From an uncultured Sangeribacter sp. (lineage in GTDB: Bacteria; Bacteroidota; Bacteroidia; Bacteroidales; Muribaculaceae): DNA of 64,000 bases. Both the position numbers and the translations under genes were made by a program. The notes beneath the pieces were generated by a model. That model was not told the origin of the DNA, made no database searches, and saw nothing but the letters and a program-made list of their open reading frames with translations. Of this stretch, positions 38,215 through 47,836 are shown piece by piece (the first letter of the stretch is position 1; each line of letters opens with the position of its first letter). The stretch lies in assembly GCA_964553075.1 (NCBI GenBank), contig CAZKJP010000001.1, positions 6,339 through 70,338 of the forward strand. The letters run 5' to 3'.

Positions 38215-39132
38215 ATGATCAAGGTAGGAATCGTTGGGGCAGACACATTGATGGCAGGAGAGCTGATACGTATATTGGTCAATCATCCTGATGTGGAATT
38301 GGTATCTCTGTGCGCACCCGGTAAGAAGGGAGTCAGGGTTGACCGGATACATCACGGTCTGGTAGGAGAATGTGATCTTGTTTTCTCGGAATTCGTGGAT
38401 CCGGAAGCGTTGGATGTAGTGTTTATAGATGCCCATTCTCCGCTTGCAGATCATTTCCGTAGACAAGATGTAGAATGTAAGGGTTTACGGATTATTGATA
38501 TGAGTCACGGACCCGTGCCAAAAGCTGAGGATGATACTGTATATGCACTATCCGAGATTAATCGGAAGAGACTGGTGCATGATGCTGAAAGAGCCGTAGT
38601 ACCTCGTTCCATTGCGGCGGTTGTACTTTTGGGATTGCTTCCTTTGGCTGAGCATCTGATGTTGCCATCCAATCTTTCAGTGAGCGTCTCAGCTCCGGAC
38701 GATATAACGGTTTCAGAAAAACTGATGACAGCTGAAAGAGAAATAGAATATTGGTTATCCCGTCTTCAGACAAGTTTTGCAGGAAGTGTCTCTATACTAA
38801 CCGAGAAACCAGAGCAATCGCTGCGTGGAATAAGGATAGTTACAGAAATACCAGCCGTTGCGGATCTTCAGATGCTGAAGGAAATGTATGAGACAAGGTA
38901 TGATGACCATACATTGACTTACAGTGGAGATATCCCAACCGATTTCAAGCAGGTAGAAGGAACTGACAAGTGTCTTATCCGTCTCGATACAACCCCCGAC
39001 AAGAAACTTCGGATAGAAGCAATTGCAGATTGCAGGATGAGGGGAGGTGCCGGAGATGCGGTCCATGCAATGAACCTGATGTTTGGATTGATAGAGACAA
39101 CCGGACTGAAACTGAAGGCATATGTCTATTAA
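38215..39132 (+). CDS. argC: ArgC-like protein, catalytic motif degenerate
   Basis: AGELIRILVNHP N-terminus and AVHAMNLMFG..ETTGL C-terminus. NPGC is replaced by VPRS. Confidence 0.7.
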   Translation: MIKVGIVGADTLMAGELIRILVNHPDVELVSLCAPGKKGVRVDRIHHGLVGECDLVFSEFVDPEALDVVFIDAHSPLADHFRRQDVECKGLRIIDMSHGPVPKAEDDTVYALSEINRKRLVHDAERAVVPRSIAAVVLLGLLPLAEHLMLPSNLSVSVSAPDDITVSEKLMTAEREIEYWLSRLQTSFAGSVSILTEKPEQSLRGIRIVTEIPAVADLQMLKEMYETRYDDHTLTYSGDIPTDFKQVEGTDKCLIRLDTTPDKKLRIEAIADCRMRGGAGDAVHAMNLMFGLIETTGLKLKAYVY

Positions 39133-39159
39133 GCCCTTTTAGGGGCGCCTTTCTTAAGA

Positions 39160-39188
39160 TTTGACTCCGTTTCATTAAATTAGAAGGA
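39160..39188. repeat. Half copy of the palindromic repeat before ssb
   Basis: TTTGACTCCGTTTCATTAAATT matches TTAGACCCCGTCTCATAAAATT at 18/22. Confidence 0.55.
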
Positions 39189-39506
39189 ATGAGCGTTAAT
39201 AAAGTAATACTTCTTGGAAATGTAGGAAGGGACCCGGAAGTGAGGTACCCTCAGAAGGATTTTCCCGTAGCTTACTTCACTTTGGCTACCAACGAGAAGG
39301 TCGGCTCTTCAGGTGCTGACATTACCGAATGGCATAATATAGTCTTTACCGGTCCGCAGGCAGAGTTTGCCGAAAAGTATATACGCAAAGGTACCCGGTT
39401 ATATTTAGAAGGGAAGTTGCGTACCCGAGAATACACAGATAAGTTCAATATCGCGCGAAGACGTACTGAAATCTTCGCTGATAATTTCGAAATATTAGGA
39501 AGATGA
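39189..39506 (+). CDS. ssb: Single-stranded DNA-binding protein (OB fold only)
   Basis: MSVNKVILLGNVGRDPEVR, TEWH and EGKLRTR. No acidic tail. Confidence 0.88.
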   Translation: MSVNKVILLGNVGRDPEVRYPQKDFPVAYFTLATNEKVGSSGADITEWHNIVFTGPQAEFAEKYIRKGTRLYLEGKLRTREYTDKFNIARRRTEIFADNFEILGR

Positions 39507-41401
39507 GAAAATGGAAAATCGAGGATTCCTCAGAACTTTATAATGTAGAAGGCTGGGGACTTACCTATTTTTCTATTAATGAAAAAGGTCATGTCCAGGT
39601 AACGCCGCGTCCGGATTGCGCCGCGGTGGATATAAAGGATGTGATGGATGAACTGAAACTCAGGGATGTTGAAGCACCGTTGCTACTGCGCTTCCCTGAC
39701 ATTCTTGATGACCGTATCCGTAAGATAACATCTTGTTTCGCCAAGGCTTCCGAGGAATATGACTACAAGGGGCAAAGCTATGTTGTTTACCCTATCAAGG
39801 TTAATCAGATGCGGCAGGTAGTTGAGGAGATTGTGTCTCACGGCAATAAGTATAATATCGGCCTTGAAGCAGGTTCTAAACCTGAGCTACATGCTGTATT
39901 GGCGGTCAATACCCATGAAAACTCCGTAATCGTATGTAACGGTTATAAGGATGAGAAGTATGTGGAGCTCGCATTGCTGGCTCAAAAAATGGGTAGACGA
40001 ATCTATATTGTAGTTGAGAAACTGAATGAACTTAAGCTGATATGTGATGTAGCAAGAAGGCTTAAGATACGCCCCAATATAGGTATCAGGATCAAGGTGT
40101 CAAGCTCCGGATCCGGGAAATGGGAGGAATCCGGAGGAGATGTCAGCAAGTTTGGGTTGAACTCAAGTGAATTGCTGGATGCTATATCGTTCTTGGAAAA
40201 GAACAAGATGACCGACTGCTTTAAGTTTATCCATTTCCATATCGGGAGTCAGATCACTAAAATCCGCCGTATTAAGAATGCACTTAGGGAGGCTATGCAA
40301 TTCTATGTACAGCTAACCCGTTTGGGATTCAATATAGAATTCGTAGATATTGGAGGCGGATTAGGGGTGGATTATGACGGCACTCGTTCACCTTCCGGTG
40401 AAAGTTCTATGAACTACTCGATCCAGGAATATGTAAATGACGCTGTTTCAGCTCTTACCGACGTGTGTAAGAAGAATGAACTGCCCCACCCCAATATCAT
40501 TACCGAGAGTGGACGGTCTCTGACTGCGCATCATTCTGTATTGATTATAGAGACTCTGGAAACCACCCATCTTCCAATCTGGAATGACAATGAGGAGATT
40601 CCCGAAGATGCCCATGAACTTGCACGTGAACTCTATAATATCTGGGATAAGATAAATGCTACACGAGTTTTCGAGGATTGGCATGATGCCTTGCAGATAC
40701 GTGAGGAGGCTCTTGAGCTCTTCTCCCTTGGACTGTTAGATCTAAAGACACGGGCTCAGATTGAGAAACTGTTCTGGTCGGTAGCCCGTGATGTCAATGA
40801 CTTGACCAGTTCTATGAAGCATCCACCGGAAGAATTGCGTAAGGTTGCTAAAATGTTGCCGGAAAAATATTTCTGCAATTTCTCCCTCTTCCAATCTCTT
40901 CCGGATAGCTGGGCAATAGATCAGATGTTCCCCATTATGCCGATTGAAAGGCTTGATGAGAAACCCTCCAGGTTATGCACTATTCAGGATGTAACATGCG
41001 ATTCAGACGGAAAGATCAATCATTTCGTAGCTCCTCAGGGTGTAAGCAATGCTCTACCGGTCCATCCTCTGAAAGTGGGAGAAAAGTATTATATCGGTGT
41101 ATTCCTCGTAGGGGCATATCAGGAAATATTGGGAGACCTTCATAATTTGTTTGGTGATACCAATGCTGTTCATGTATCTGTAAATAAAAACGGTTACGAG
41201 ATTGAGCAGGTGATTGATGGAGAGACAGTAGCTGACGTGCTGGATTATGTGGAATATAATTCTAAGAAACTGGTGCGTAATGTTGAGACATGGGTAACCG
41301 CCTCCATGAAGAAGGGGGTTATTTCAGCTGAAGAGGGCCGTGCCTTCCTAAATAATTATCGTTCGGGACTTTATGGTATCACATACCTGGAACGCGACTG
41401 A
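39503..41401 (+). CDS. speA: Biosynthetic arginine decarboxylase
   Basis: YPIKVNQ (PLP Lys), HFHIGSQ, GGGLGVDY, TCDSDG and GAYQEILG. Confidence 0.96.
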   Translation: MRKWKIEDSSELYNVEGWGLTYFSINEKGHVQVTPRPDCAAVDIKDVMDELKLRDVEAPLLLRFPDILDDRIRKITSCFAKASEEYDYKGQSYVVYPIKVNQMRQVVEEIVSHGNKYNIGLEAGSKPELHAVLAVNTHENSVIVCNGYKDEKYVELALLAQKMGRRIYIVVEKLNELKLICDVARRLKIRPNIGIRIKVSSSGSGKWEESGGDVSKFGLNSSELLDAISFLEKNKMTDCFKFIHFHIGSQITKIRRIKNALREAMQFYVQLTRLGFNIEFVDIGGGLGVDYDGTRSPSGESSMNYSIQEYVNDAVSALTDVCKKNELPHPNIITESGRSLTAHHSVLIIETLETTHLPIWNDNEEIPEDAHELARELYNIWDKINATRVFEDWHDALQIREEALELFSLGLLDLKTRAQIEKLFWSVARDVNDLTSSMKHPPEELRKVAKMLPEKYFCNFSLFQSLPDSWAIDQMFPIMPIERLDEKPSRLCTIQDVTCDSDGKINHFVAPQGVSNALPVHPLKVGEKYYIGVFLVGAYQEILGDLHNLFGDTNAVHVSVNKNGYEIEQVIDGETVADVLDYVEYNSKKLVRNVETWVTASMKKGVISAEEGRAFLNNYRSGLYGITYLERD

Positions 41402-42278
41402 ATTTTTGCCACCGGCAAATCCTGAAATTGAACTTTTAGGAGTGCAAGGAAAGGAGGTTTCGGAAATCCGGCCTGCTTTCCAACGGTGGTTCATGCGCTT
41501 AAGTTACAGAGGAGAAGGTTTTTGCGGTTGGCAACGCCAACCCTCTTCTCCATCTGTCCAGGAAACTATCGAGGATTCTTTAAAGACTGTTTTGAGGCGG
41601 CCGGTTCCCATTACAGGGGCCGGAAGAACAGATACCGGAGTCAATGCCCGCGTAATGTGGGCTCATTTCGATGCTAATCCGGGAGAGTTTGACCCCATGA
41701 TTCTGATGAAATCCCTCAATCAATTGTGTGGTCCCAATATTGCCATCTCTGAATTGAGGCGCGTTAAGCCCGCTGCTCATGCAAGGTTTGATGCCATCTC
41801 CAGGAGTTACCGGTATATCATTATATTCAACAAGAATCCCTTTCTTCGAGGATTGGCCTGGAGATGTTTTTCAGAGTTGGATATAAAAAGGATGAATGAA
41901 GCATCGGAAATATTGGTTGGCAAGAAAGATTTCACATCGTTTGCTAAGCTTCACTCAGACGCCAAGACCAACATCTGCGATCTTACGGAGGCACATTGGG
42001 ATGAACTTAAATCCGATCAAGAGGTAAGATGGCCGGAAGAAGGGATTGTCTTTACCGTCACTGCCGACAGGTTCCTAAGGAATATGGTCAGGGCCATTGT
42101 CGGGACTTTGGTCGATATCGGCCGAGGAAAACTAAGCAAGGAGCAACTTGTTGAGATTATAAATAAGAAAGACAGATGCGCAGCCGGTCAGTCAATGCCT
42201 CCCGAGGCATTGTACCTTTGGGATATCAGATATCCGAATTCAATCTGGCAAGATGACGATAGATTCTTAGCCCAATAA
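41373..42278 (+). CDS. truA: tRNA pseudouridine(38-40) synthase (start uncertain)
   Basis: GWQRQ, GAGRTDTGV, HARFDA..RSY and FLRNMVR. Confidence 0.93.
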   Translation: MVSHTWNATEFLPPANPEIELLGVQGKEVSEIRPAFQRWFMRLSYRGEGFCGWQRQPSSPSVQETIEDSLKTVLRRPVPITGAGRTDTGVNARVMWAHFDANPGEFDPMILMKSLNQLCGPNIAISELRRVKPAAHARFDAISRSYRYIIIFNKNPFLRGLAWRCFSELDIKRMNEASEILVGKKDFTSFAKLHSDAKTNICDLTEAHWDELKSDQEVRWPEEGIVFTVTADRFLRNMVRAIVGTLVDIGRGKLSKEQLVEIINKKDRCAAGQSMPPEALYLWDIRYPNSIWQDDDRFLAQ

Positions 42279-42356
42279 CTGGAAATGAATTACTATAAAT
42301 CCGCTATCCGGTACCAATTATGGATAGAAAAGTAAAGGTCTTAAAATAATAATTAA

Positions 42357-44363
42357 ATGGAAGCAAAGGATCGAATTGAAGAGCTTAGGAAAGAGCTTAA
42401 CAGGCATAATCATAATTATTATGTACTGAATACTCCAGAGATATCGGATAAGGAATTCGATATGTTGATGAAGGAATTGGAAGCTCTTGAAAAAGAACAC
42501 CCCGAATATTGGGATGAACTATCTCCTACCCAAAGAGTTGGATCCGATCTTACCAAGGGTTTTATTCATGTTGTTCATGAAAGGCCTATGATGTCTCTCT
42601 CCAACTGCTATTCTATAGAAGAGGTTGATGATTGGTTCAATCGTATCCGGAAGGCTTTGGGTGATGAAAGATTTGAGGTGGTAGGAGAAATGAAATTCGA
42701 TGGAACTTCCATCTCAATCACTTATGAGCATGGCCGGTTGATAAGAGCTGTGACACGAGGTGACGGTACGCAAGGAGATGATGTAACAGCCAATGTTAAG
42801 ACTATCCGCTCGATTCCTCTTGTGCTTCAGCCTGGTGATTGGCCTGATAAATTCGAGATCAGGGGAGAGATATTGATGCCTTGGGAAGTGTTTGAGAAAC
42901 TGAATGCAGAGCGGGCCTACAATGAGGAACCCCTATTCGCAAATCCAAGAAATGCTGCTTCCGGTACTTTAAAAATGCAGGATCCTAAGGAGGTAGCGCG
43001 CCGTCATCTTGATGCCCGTTTCTATTACCTTCTTAGCGATGATCTACCATATCCGGACCATTATCAGAATATGGAAGCTGCCCGGTCATGGGGATTCAAG
43101 GTTTCAAAAGCCATGCAACTTCTGAATTCTTTGGAAGAGGTAGATGGTTACATAGATTATTGGGATGTACATCGAAAGGAGCTTCCGGTTGCTACGGATG
43201 GTCTTGTTTTTAAAGTGAATTCACTTCGTCAGCAGCTGAATTTAGGATATACAGCCAAATCTCCTCGCTGGGCTATAGCTTATAAATTTAATCCCGAAAA
43301 GGCTTTGACCCCTCTGCGAGAGGTGACGTTTGAGACGGGAAGAATGGGAATCGTCACCCCGGTCGCCAACTTGGAACCGGTACTGCTTTCAGGAACCATT
43401 GTCAAGAGGGCTTCTTTGCACAATGATGATATAATTCAGGAATTGGGTATTCATCAGGGTGATTGGCTGTATGTCGAAAAAGGTGGTGAAATCATTCCAA
43501 AGATCACAGGAGTGGAACTTAGCCATCGTAATCCTGACGCCTCCCCTATCGTTTTTGTTACCCATTGCCCGGAATGTGGAACGAAACTGGAACGTGTAGA
43601 GGGTGAGGCCGCCTGGAGATGTCCAAACCATTATGGTTGTCGACCTCAAATAACCGGACGAATAGAACATTTTTGCGCCCGTAGGATGATGAACATTGAT
43701 GGCATTGGAGAGGAGACAGCCGAGCTTCTCTTTGCTTGCGGGCTTGTAGAGAATATTTCTGACCTCTATAGCCTCACAGTGGAAAAGTTATCCCGTCTGG
43801 ATAGAATCGGTGAGAAAACCGCTGCAAGGATAATCAAAGGCCTCGAAGATAGCAAGCAGGTACCTTTTGAAAGGGTAATATATGCCCTTTCTATCCCAAA
43901 TGTTGGCGAGACTACTTCCAAACGGCTTGCGGCAGGTGTAAAGAGCATGGAAAATATGAGGAAAATGAGTGTGGAGGAACTTACGGCTCTTCCAGATATT
44001 GGTCCGATTATAGCCAAGTGTATCTATGATTTCCTGCGGAATCCAATCAATGAGAGGAATATTGAAGTCCTGACAGCCAATGGATTGCAGATGCAGCTGT
44101 CGGAGGATAAGTTGCAACCCGCAGGTGATTCTTTGGCGGGAAAGACCATCGTCATTTCCGGCACTTTCAGTCATCATTCCAGAGATGAATACAAGGAACT
44201 TATTGAAAGGGAGGGTGGAAAAAATGCCGGATCGATCTCAAAAAAGACCTCTTTCGTATTGGCTGGAGAGAATATGGGTCCGGCTAAAAAAGAGAAATGC
44301 GAGGCACTTGGTATTCCAATGATTTCGGAAGATGAGTTCCTGAAAATGATAGGGAAACAATAA
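42357..44363 (+). CDS. ligA: NAD-dependent DNA ligase
   Basis: KFDG adenylation motif, [13 protein letters not shown], Zn finger, HhH and BRCT. Confidence 0.97.
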   Translation: MEAKDRIEELRKELNRHNHNYYVLNTPEISDKEFDMLMKELEALEKEHPEYWDELSPTQRVGSDLTKGFIHVVHERPMMSLSNCYSIEEVDDWFNRIRKALGDERFEVVGEMKFDGTSISITYEHGRLIRAVTRGDGTQGDDVTANVKTIRSIPLVLQPGDWPDKFEIRGEILMPWEVFEKLNAERAYNEEPLFANPRNAASGTLKMQDPKEVARRHLDARFYYLLSDDLPYPDHYQNMEAARSWGFKVSKAMQLLNSLEEVDGYIDYWDVHRKELPVATDGLVFKVNSLRQQLNLGYTAKSPRWAIAYKFNPEKALTPLREVTFETGRMGIVTPVANLEPVLLSGTIVKRASLHNDDIIQELGIHQGDWLYVEKGGEIIPKITGVELSHRNPDASPIVFVTHCPECGTKLERVEGEAAWRCPNHYGCRPQITGRIEHFCARRMMNIDGIGEETAELLFACGLVENISDLYSLTVEKLSRLDRIGEKTAARIIKGLEDSKQVPFERVIYALSIPNVGETTSKRLAAGVKSMENMRKMSVEELTALPDIGPIIAKCIYDFLRNPINERNIEVLTANGLQMQLSEDKLQPAGDSLAGKTIVISGTFSHHSRDEYKELIEREGGKNAGSISKKTSFVLAGENMGPAKKEKCEALGIPMISEDEFLKMIGKQ

Positions 44364-44376
44364 TAAGATTAGACCA

Positions 44377-45000
44377 ATGGCTCTAAAAGAAGTTTCAGAG
44401 AGTAAAGGGAGTAGTATAATGGAAAAGGATGGTCTTGAGATTGAGACTCACCCCTTCCCTCCTTTTATCCCGGAGGGTGCCAAAATTTTAATCATGGGGA
44501 CTTTCCCGCCTCAACCTAAGCGTTGGTCGATGGATTTCTATTACCCTAATCGCACCAATGATTTCTGGTTTATGATGGGTCTTATCTTCTTTGGTGATAA
44601 AGATGCTCTGGTTGACAGAGATTCCAAGACTTTCCGGCTTGATATGATAAAAGAACTATTAACCGAGAAAGGAATCGCCTTAAATGATACGGGACATAAA
44701 ATCAAGAGGTTGGAAGGTAATGCTTCAGATAAGTTCCTTGAAATCGTGGAGCCTGTTAATCTATCTAATCTTTTGAGTCGGATGCCTGAATGCCATACTT
44801 TAGCGACTACCGGTGAAAAGGCAGCCGAGGTGTTGGCAGGACTGACCGATAGTGTTCCTCCCAAAATGGGACAGATGGTTACAGCACCTTCCGGTCTATC
44901 TATATGGCGTATGCCCTCGACAAGTAGAGCCTATCCCTTGAAACTGGAAAAGAAGGCAGCCTACTACGAAGAAATGTTCAGGAATGTCGGAATAATCTGA
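44377..45000 (+). CDS. Uracil-DNA glycosylase-like family protein
   Basis: HPF, GTFPP, FYYPN and MPSTS. Confidence 0.8.
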   Translation: MALKEVSESKGSSIMEKDGLEIETHPFPPFIPEGAKILIMGTFPPQPKRWSMDFYYPNRTNDFWFMMGLIFFGDKDALVDRDSKTFRLDMIKELLTEKGIALNDTGHKIKRLEGNASDKFLEIVEPVNLSNLLSRMPECHTLATTGEKAAEVLAGLTDSVPPKMGQMVTAPSGLSIWRMPSTSRAYPLKLEKKAAYYEEMFRNVGII

Positions 45001-45101
45001 GTATATCTCTAAATATGAGACTATCTCTGAATAAGAGCTGATGGGATTTTTCCAAAATAAATTGATTTAAAACAACTTAATAATAAATTAAGATTATCTC
45101 T

Positions 45102-45782
45102 ATGATATTACTTCAGTTATTTGATGCGAGCCAGTTCTTTCAATGGTTTGTAGAGAATGCAAACTATTGGTTCGTCTTCATTTTTATGGTAGTAGAATCC
45201 TCCTTTATACCGTTTCCCTCTGAAGTGGTAGTACCACCGGCTGCCTATCTCGCTTGCCGCAATTTTGGAGCCGGTGCCGATATGAACGTTTATATGGTGG
45301 TAGTTTTCGCGACCTTAGGTGCCCTCTGTGGTGCTTTTATCAACTATTACCTTTCTCTCTGGATCGGACGCCCTGTAATATACAAGTTCGCTGACTCTCG
45401 CTTAGGACATGCCTGCTTGATAGATACTCAAAAGGTAGAGAAGGCGGAAGCATACTTTGATAAACATGGAGCAATTTCGACTTTCATAGGCCGATTGATT
45501 CCGGCTATCCGGCAGTTGATTTCAATACCGGCTGGAATCGCCAAGATGAATGTAGGAGTCTTCGCGTTATGCACCGCCGCCGGGGCTTTAGTCTGGAACA
45601 TCTGTTTGGCAACTCTCGGATGGTGGCTATCAACCTGGGTAGATCCTAAAGATCTTTTCGATAAGGTCGAACAATATAATCAGTACCTTACTTGGGTAGG
45701 TTACGGTATCTTCGGTGTATGTGTACTCTACATCCTTTGGAATGCCTTCAAACCCCGTAAGGAAAACAAACAAAAAATCTAA
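45102..45782 (+). CDS. DedA family membrane protein
   Basis: ESSFIPFPSE and GRLIPAIRQLISIPAG. Confidence 0.92.
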   Translation: MILLQLFDASQFFQWFVENANYWFVFIFMVVESSFIPFPSEVVVPPAAYLACRNFGAGADMNVYMVVVFATLGALCGAFINYYLSLWIGRPVIYKFADSRLGHACLIDTQKVEKAEAYFDKHGAISTFIGRLIPAIRQLISIPAGIAKMNVGVFALCTAAGALVWNICLATLGWWLSTWVDPKDLFDKVEQYNQYLTWVGYGIFGVCVLYILWNAFKPRKENKQKI

Positions 45783-45819
45783 TTTAATTCTCTAATATCT
45801 TAGCATACTGAAAAACATC

Positions 45820-46467
45820 ATGTTAGTATCCCCCTCACTTCTTTCGGCCGATTTTGCAAATATGCGGCCGGATTTGGAAATGATAAATAACTCTGAGTGC
45901 GATTATCTCCACCTTGACGTAATGGATGGAGTTTTCGTGCCAAATATCTCCTTTGGTTTCCCTGTAATGAAAGCTGTCGCCAGGGATTGTACCAAGCCTT
46001 TGGATGTTCATCTTATGATTGTAGAGCCGGACAAGTGGATCTCTCAGGTTCGTGACTTAGGGGCTGAGATAATGAATATTCATCAGGAAGCATGTACTCA
46101 TCTTCATAGTGCTGTACAGCGTATCAAACAAGCAGGGATGATGGCTGGTGTTACCTTAAATCCCTCAACTCCCGTTGCTACTTTGGTAGATATTATTGAG
46201 GATTTGGATTTGGTGATGCTGATGGGTGTGAACCCCGGATTCGGTGGACAAGCATTCATAGAGCATACTGTGAAAAAGACAGCTGAACTCCGGAAGCTTA
46301 TCAATGAATCCGGCTCTAAGGCGATACTTGAGATCGATGGCGGGGTAAATGCGAAGACAGGAAAACAGTTGGCAGAAGCTGGTGCAGACATGCTCGTAGC
46401 CGGCAGCTATGTCTTCTCCGCTGAGAATCCTGCTGAAGCAATTAGATCACTCAAATCTCTTCAATGA
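45820..46467 (+). CDS. rpe: Ribulose-phosphate 3-epimerase
   Basis: PSLLSADF, HLDVMDG, DVHLM, NPGFGGQ and IDGG. Confidence 0.96.
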   Translation: MLVSPSLLSADFANMRPDLEMINNSECDYLHLDVMDGVFVPNISFGFPVMKAVARDCTKPLDVHLMIVEPDKWISQVRDLGAEIMNIHQEACTHLHSAVQRIKQAGMMAGVTLNPSTPVATLVDIIEDLDLVMLMGVNPGFGGQAFIEHTVKKTAELRKLINESGSKAILEIDGGVNAKTGKQLAEAGADMLVAGSYVFSAENPAEAIRSLKSLQ

Positions 46468-46510
46468 GGTGTATCCTTCTCAGGTGTTTGCTAATTTTAT
46501 GGATTTTGAG

Positions 46511-46518
46511 TAATTTTG
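46511..46518 (+). promoter_or_regulatory. Bacteroidetes -7 element for ddl-ileS
   Basis: TAATTTTG, 67 bp upstream of the ddl ATG. Confidence 0.55.
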
Positions 46519-46584
46519 TGGATAAATCCCAAACTAAGGCATATAAACGCCTTCTGTTTTGAGACTTCGTATTTAAAATTACAG

Positions 46585-47787
46585 ATGAAAACCAACGTAG
46601 CAGTATTTTTTGGAGGCCGTTCCGTAGAGCATGAGATATCAGTGCTTTCCGCCCTCCAGGCCATAAATGCTTTCAATAAGGACAAGTATAACATCATCCC
46701 CATCTATATTACTAAGGAAGGAAGATGGATTACAGGTGAAGAACTTCTCAATGTCGACAATTATCGGGATATGAAAAAACTGATAGAGAATTGTCAGGAA
46801 GTGTTCATGCGTCCCGAATACGGAGACTTTAATCTTTATAAAGCTAATGGAGGCCTTTTCTCCCGTAAGAATCCGATTGTAGCTGAATTGCATGTTGCGA
46901 TTCCGGTTCTTCACGGTACGAATGGAGAAGATGGTATATTCGAAGGACTCTTGGAAACAACCGGGATACCATTTGCAGGTTGTAACACCCTCTCCAGTGC
47001 CAACGGAATGGACAAAATCACTATGAAAATGATTTTGCGGGAGAGCGGCATCCCTGTAGTGGACTACGTTTGGTTTACAGATAAGCAATGGCAACGTAAC
47101 CGGGAAGGCTTAATTACTGAGATAGAAGAAAAATTAGGATATCCGGTAATAGTAAAGCCGGCTAATCTCGGTTCCAGCGTAGGTATTGGCAAAGCCGGAA
47201 ACCGTGCGGAACTCATCGAGAAGATCGATAATGCCCAGAAGTATTCCTCGCGCTTGATCGTGGAACACATGGTCCGCCAGCTGAAAGAAATCAACTGCTC
47301 CGTACTCGGAGATGCCGATGATAACGAAAGCTCTATTTGCGAGGAACCGATCAAAACCGGTGATATCCTATCATATCTCGATAAGTACGCGGGTGGTGGC
47401 AAAGGAATGGCTCATAGCGATAAGCGTATTCCGGCTGATATTCCAGAAGAAGTATCGGATAAGATCCGTCATTTGGCCGAAGAGACCTTCCGTGTTTTAG
47501 GTTGTCATGGAGTAAGCCGTATCGATGTCATGATTGAAGAGGAGGATGGCAGTATCTACGTCAATGAGATCAATACTATCCCCGGATCTCTATCCTATTA
47601 TCTTTGGGAAGAAACCGGCATAAGTTTTGAAAAGCTCCTTGATAAATTAGTAGAATTGGCATTGAAGCGTAAACGTGAGTCCGAAAGGAAAACGACCTCA
47701 CTTGATGCAAATATCTTTTCATTAGGAAAAGGTGTGAAAGGAGCTAAGGGTGGTTTAAAAGGAGGAAAATGGGGAACTAAACGATGA
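46585..47787 (+). CDS. ddl: D-alanine--D-alanine ligase
   Basis: GGRSVEHEIS, HGTNGEDG, KPANLGSSVGI, YLDKY and NEINTIPG. ATG at 46585. Confidence 0.93.
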   Translation: MKTNVAVFFGGRSVEHEISVLSALQAINAFNKDKYNIIPIYITKEGRWITGEELLNVDNYRDMKKLIENCQEVFMRPEYGDFNLYKANGGLFSRKNPIVAELHVAIPVLHGTNGEDGIFEGLLETTGIPFAGCNTLSSANGMDKITMKMILRESGIPVVDYVWFTDKQWQRNREGLITEIEEKLGYPVIVKPANLGSSVGIGKAGNRAELIEKIDNAQKYSSRLIVEHMVRQLKEINCSVLGDADDNESSICEEPIKTGDILSYLDKYAGGGKGMAHSDKRIPADIPEEVSDKIRHLAEETFRVLGCHGVSRIDVMIEEEDGSIYVNEINTIPGSLSYYLWEETGISFEKLLDKLVELALKRKRESERKTTSLDANIFSLGKGVKGAKGGLKGGKWGTKR

Positions 47788-47788
47788 T

Positions 47789-47817
47789 TTAGACCCCGTC
47801 TAAAAGACCCTGTCTAA
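47789..47817. repeat. Two internally deleted (termini-only) copies of the palindromic repeat
   Basis: TTAGACCCCGTCTAA followed by AAGACCCTGTCTAA, immediately after the ddl stop. Confidence 0.7.
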
Positions 47818-47836
47818 GAAGAAAAGTATCGTTCAA

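Noticed and set aside
41373-41470. N-terminal extension of TruA as a frameshift or fusion with speA
   Set aside because: speA ends normally (TYLERD). Alternative TTG/GTG starts exist downstream and I saw no slippery site.
44369-45046. Possible repeat remnants TTAGACCAATGGCTCTAA (44369-44386) and TATCTCTAAATATGAGAC... (45001-45046); similar weak traces at 7372-7411 and 58428-58435
   Set aside because: Too short or too gapped to list as features. Noted only as candidates.
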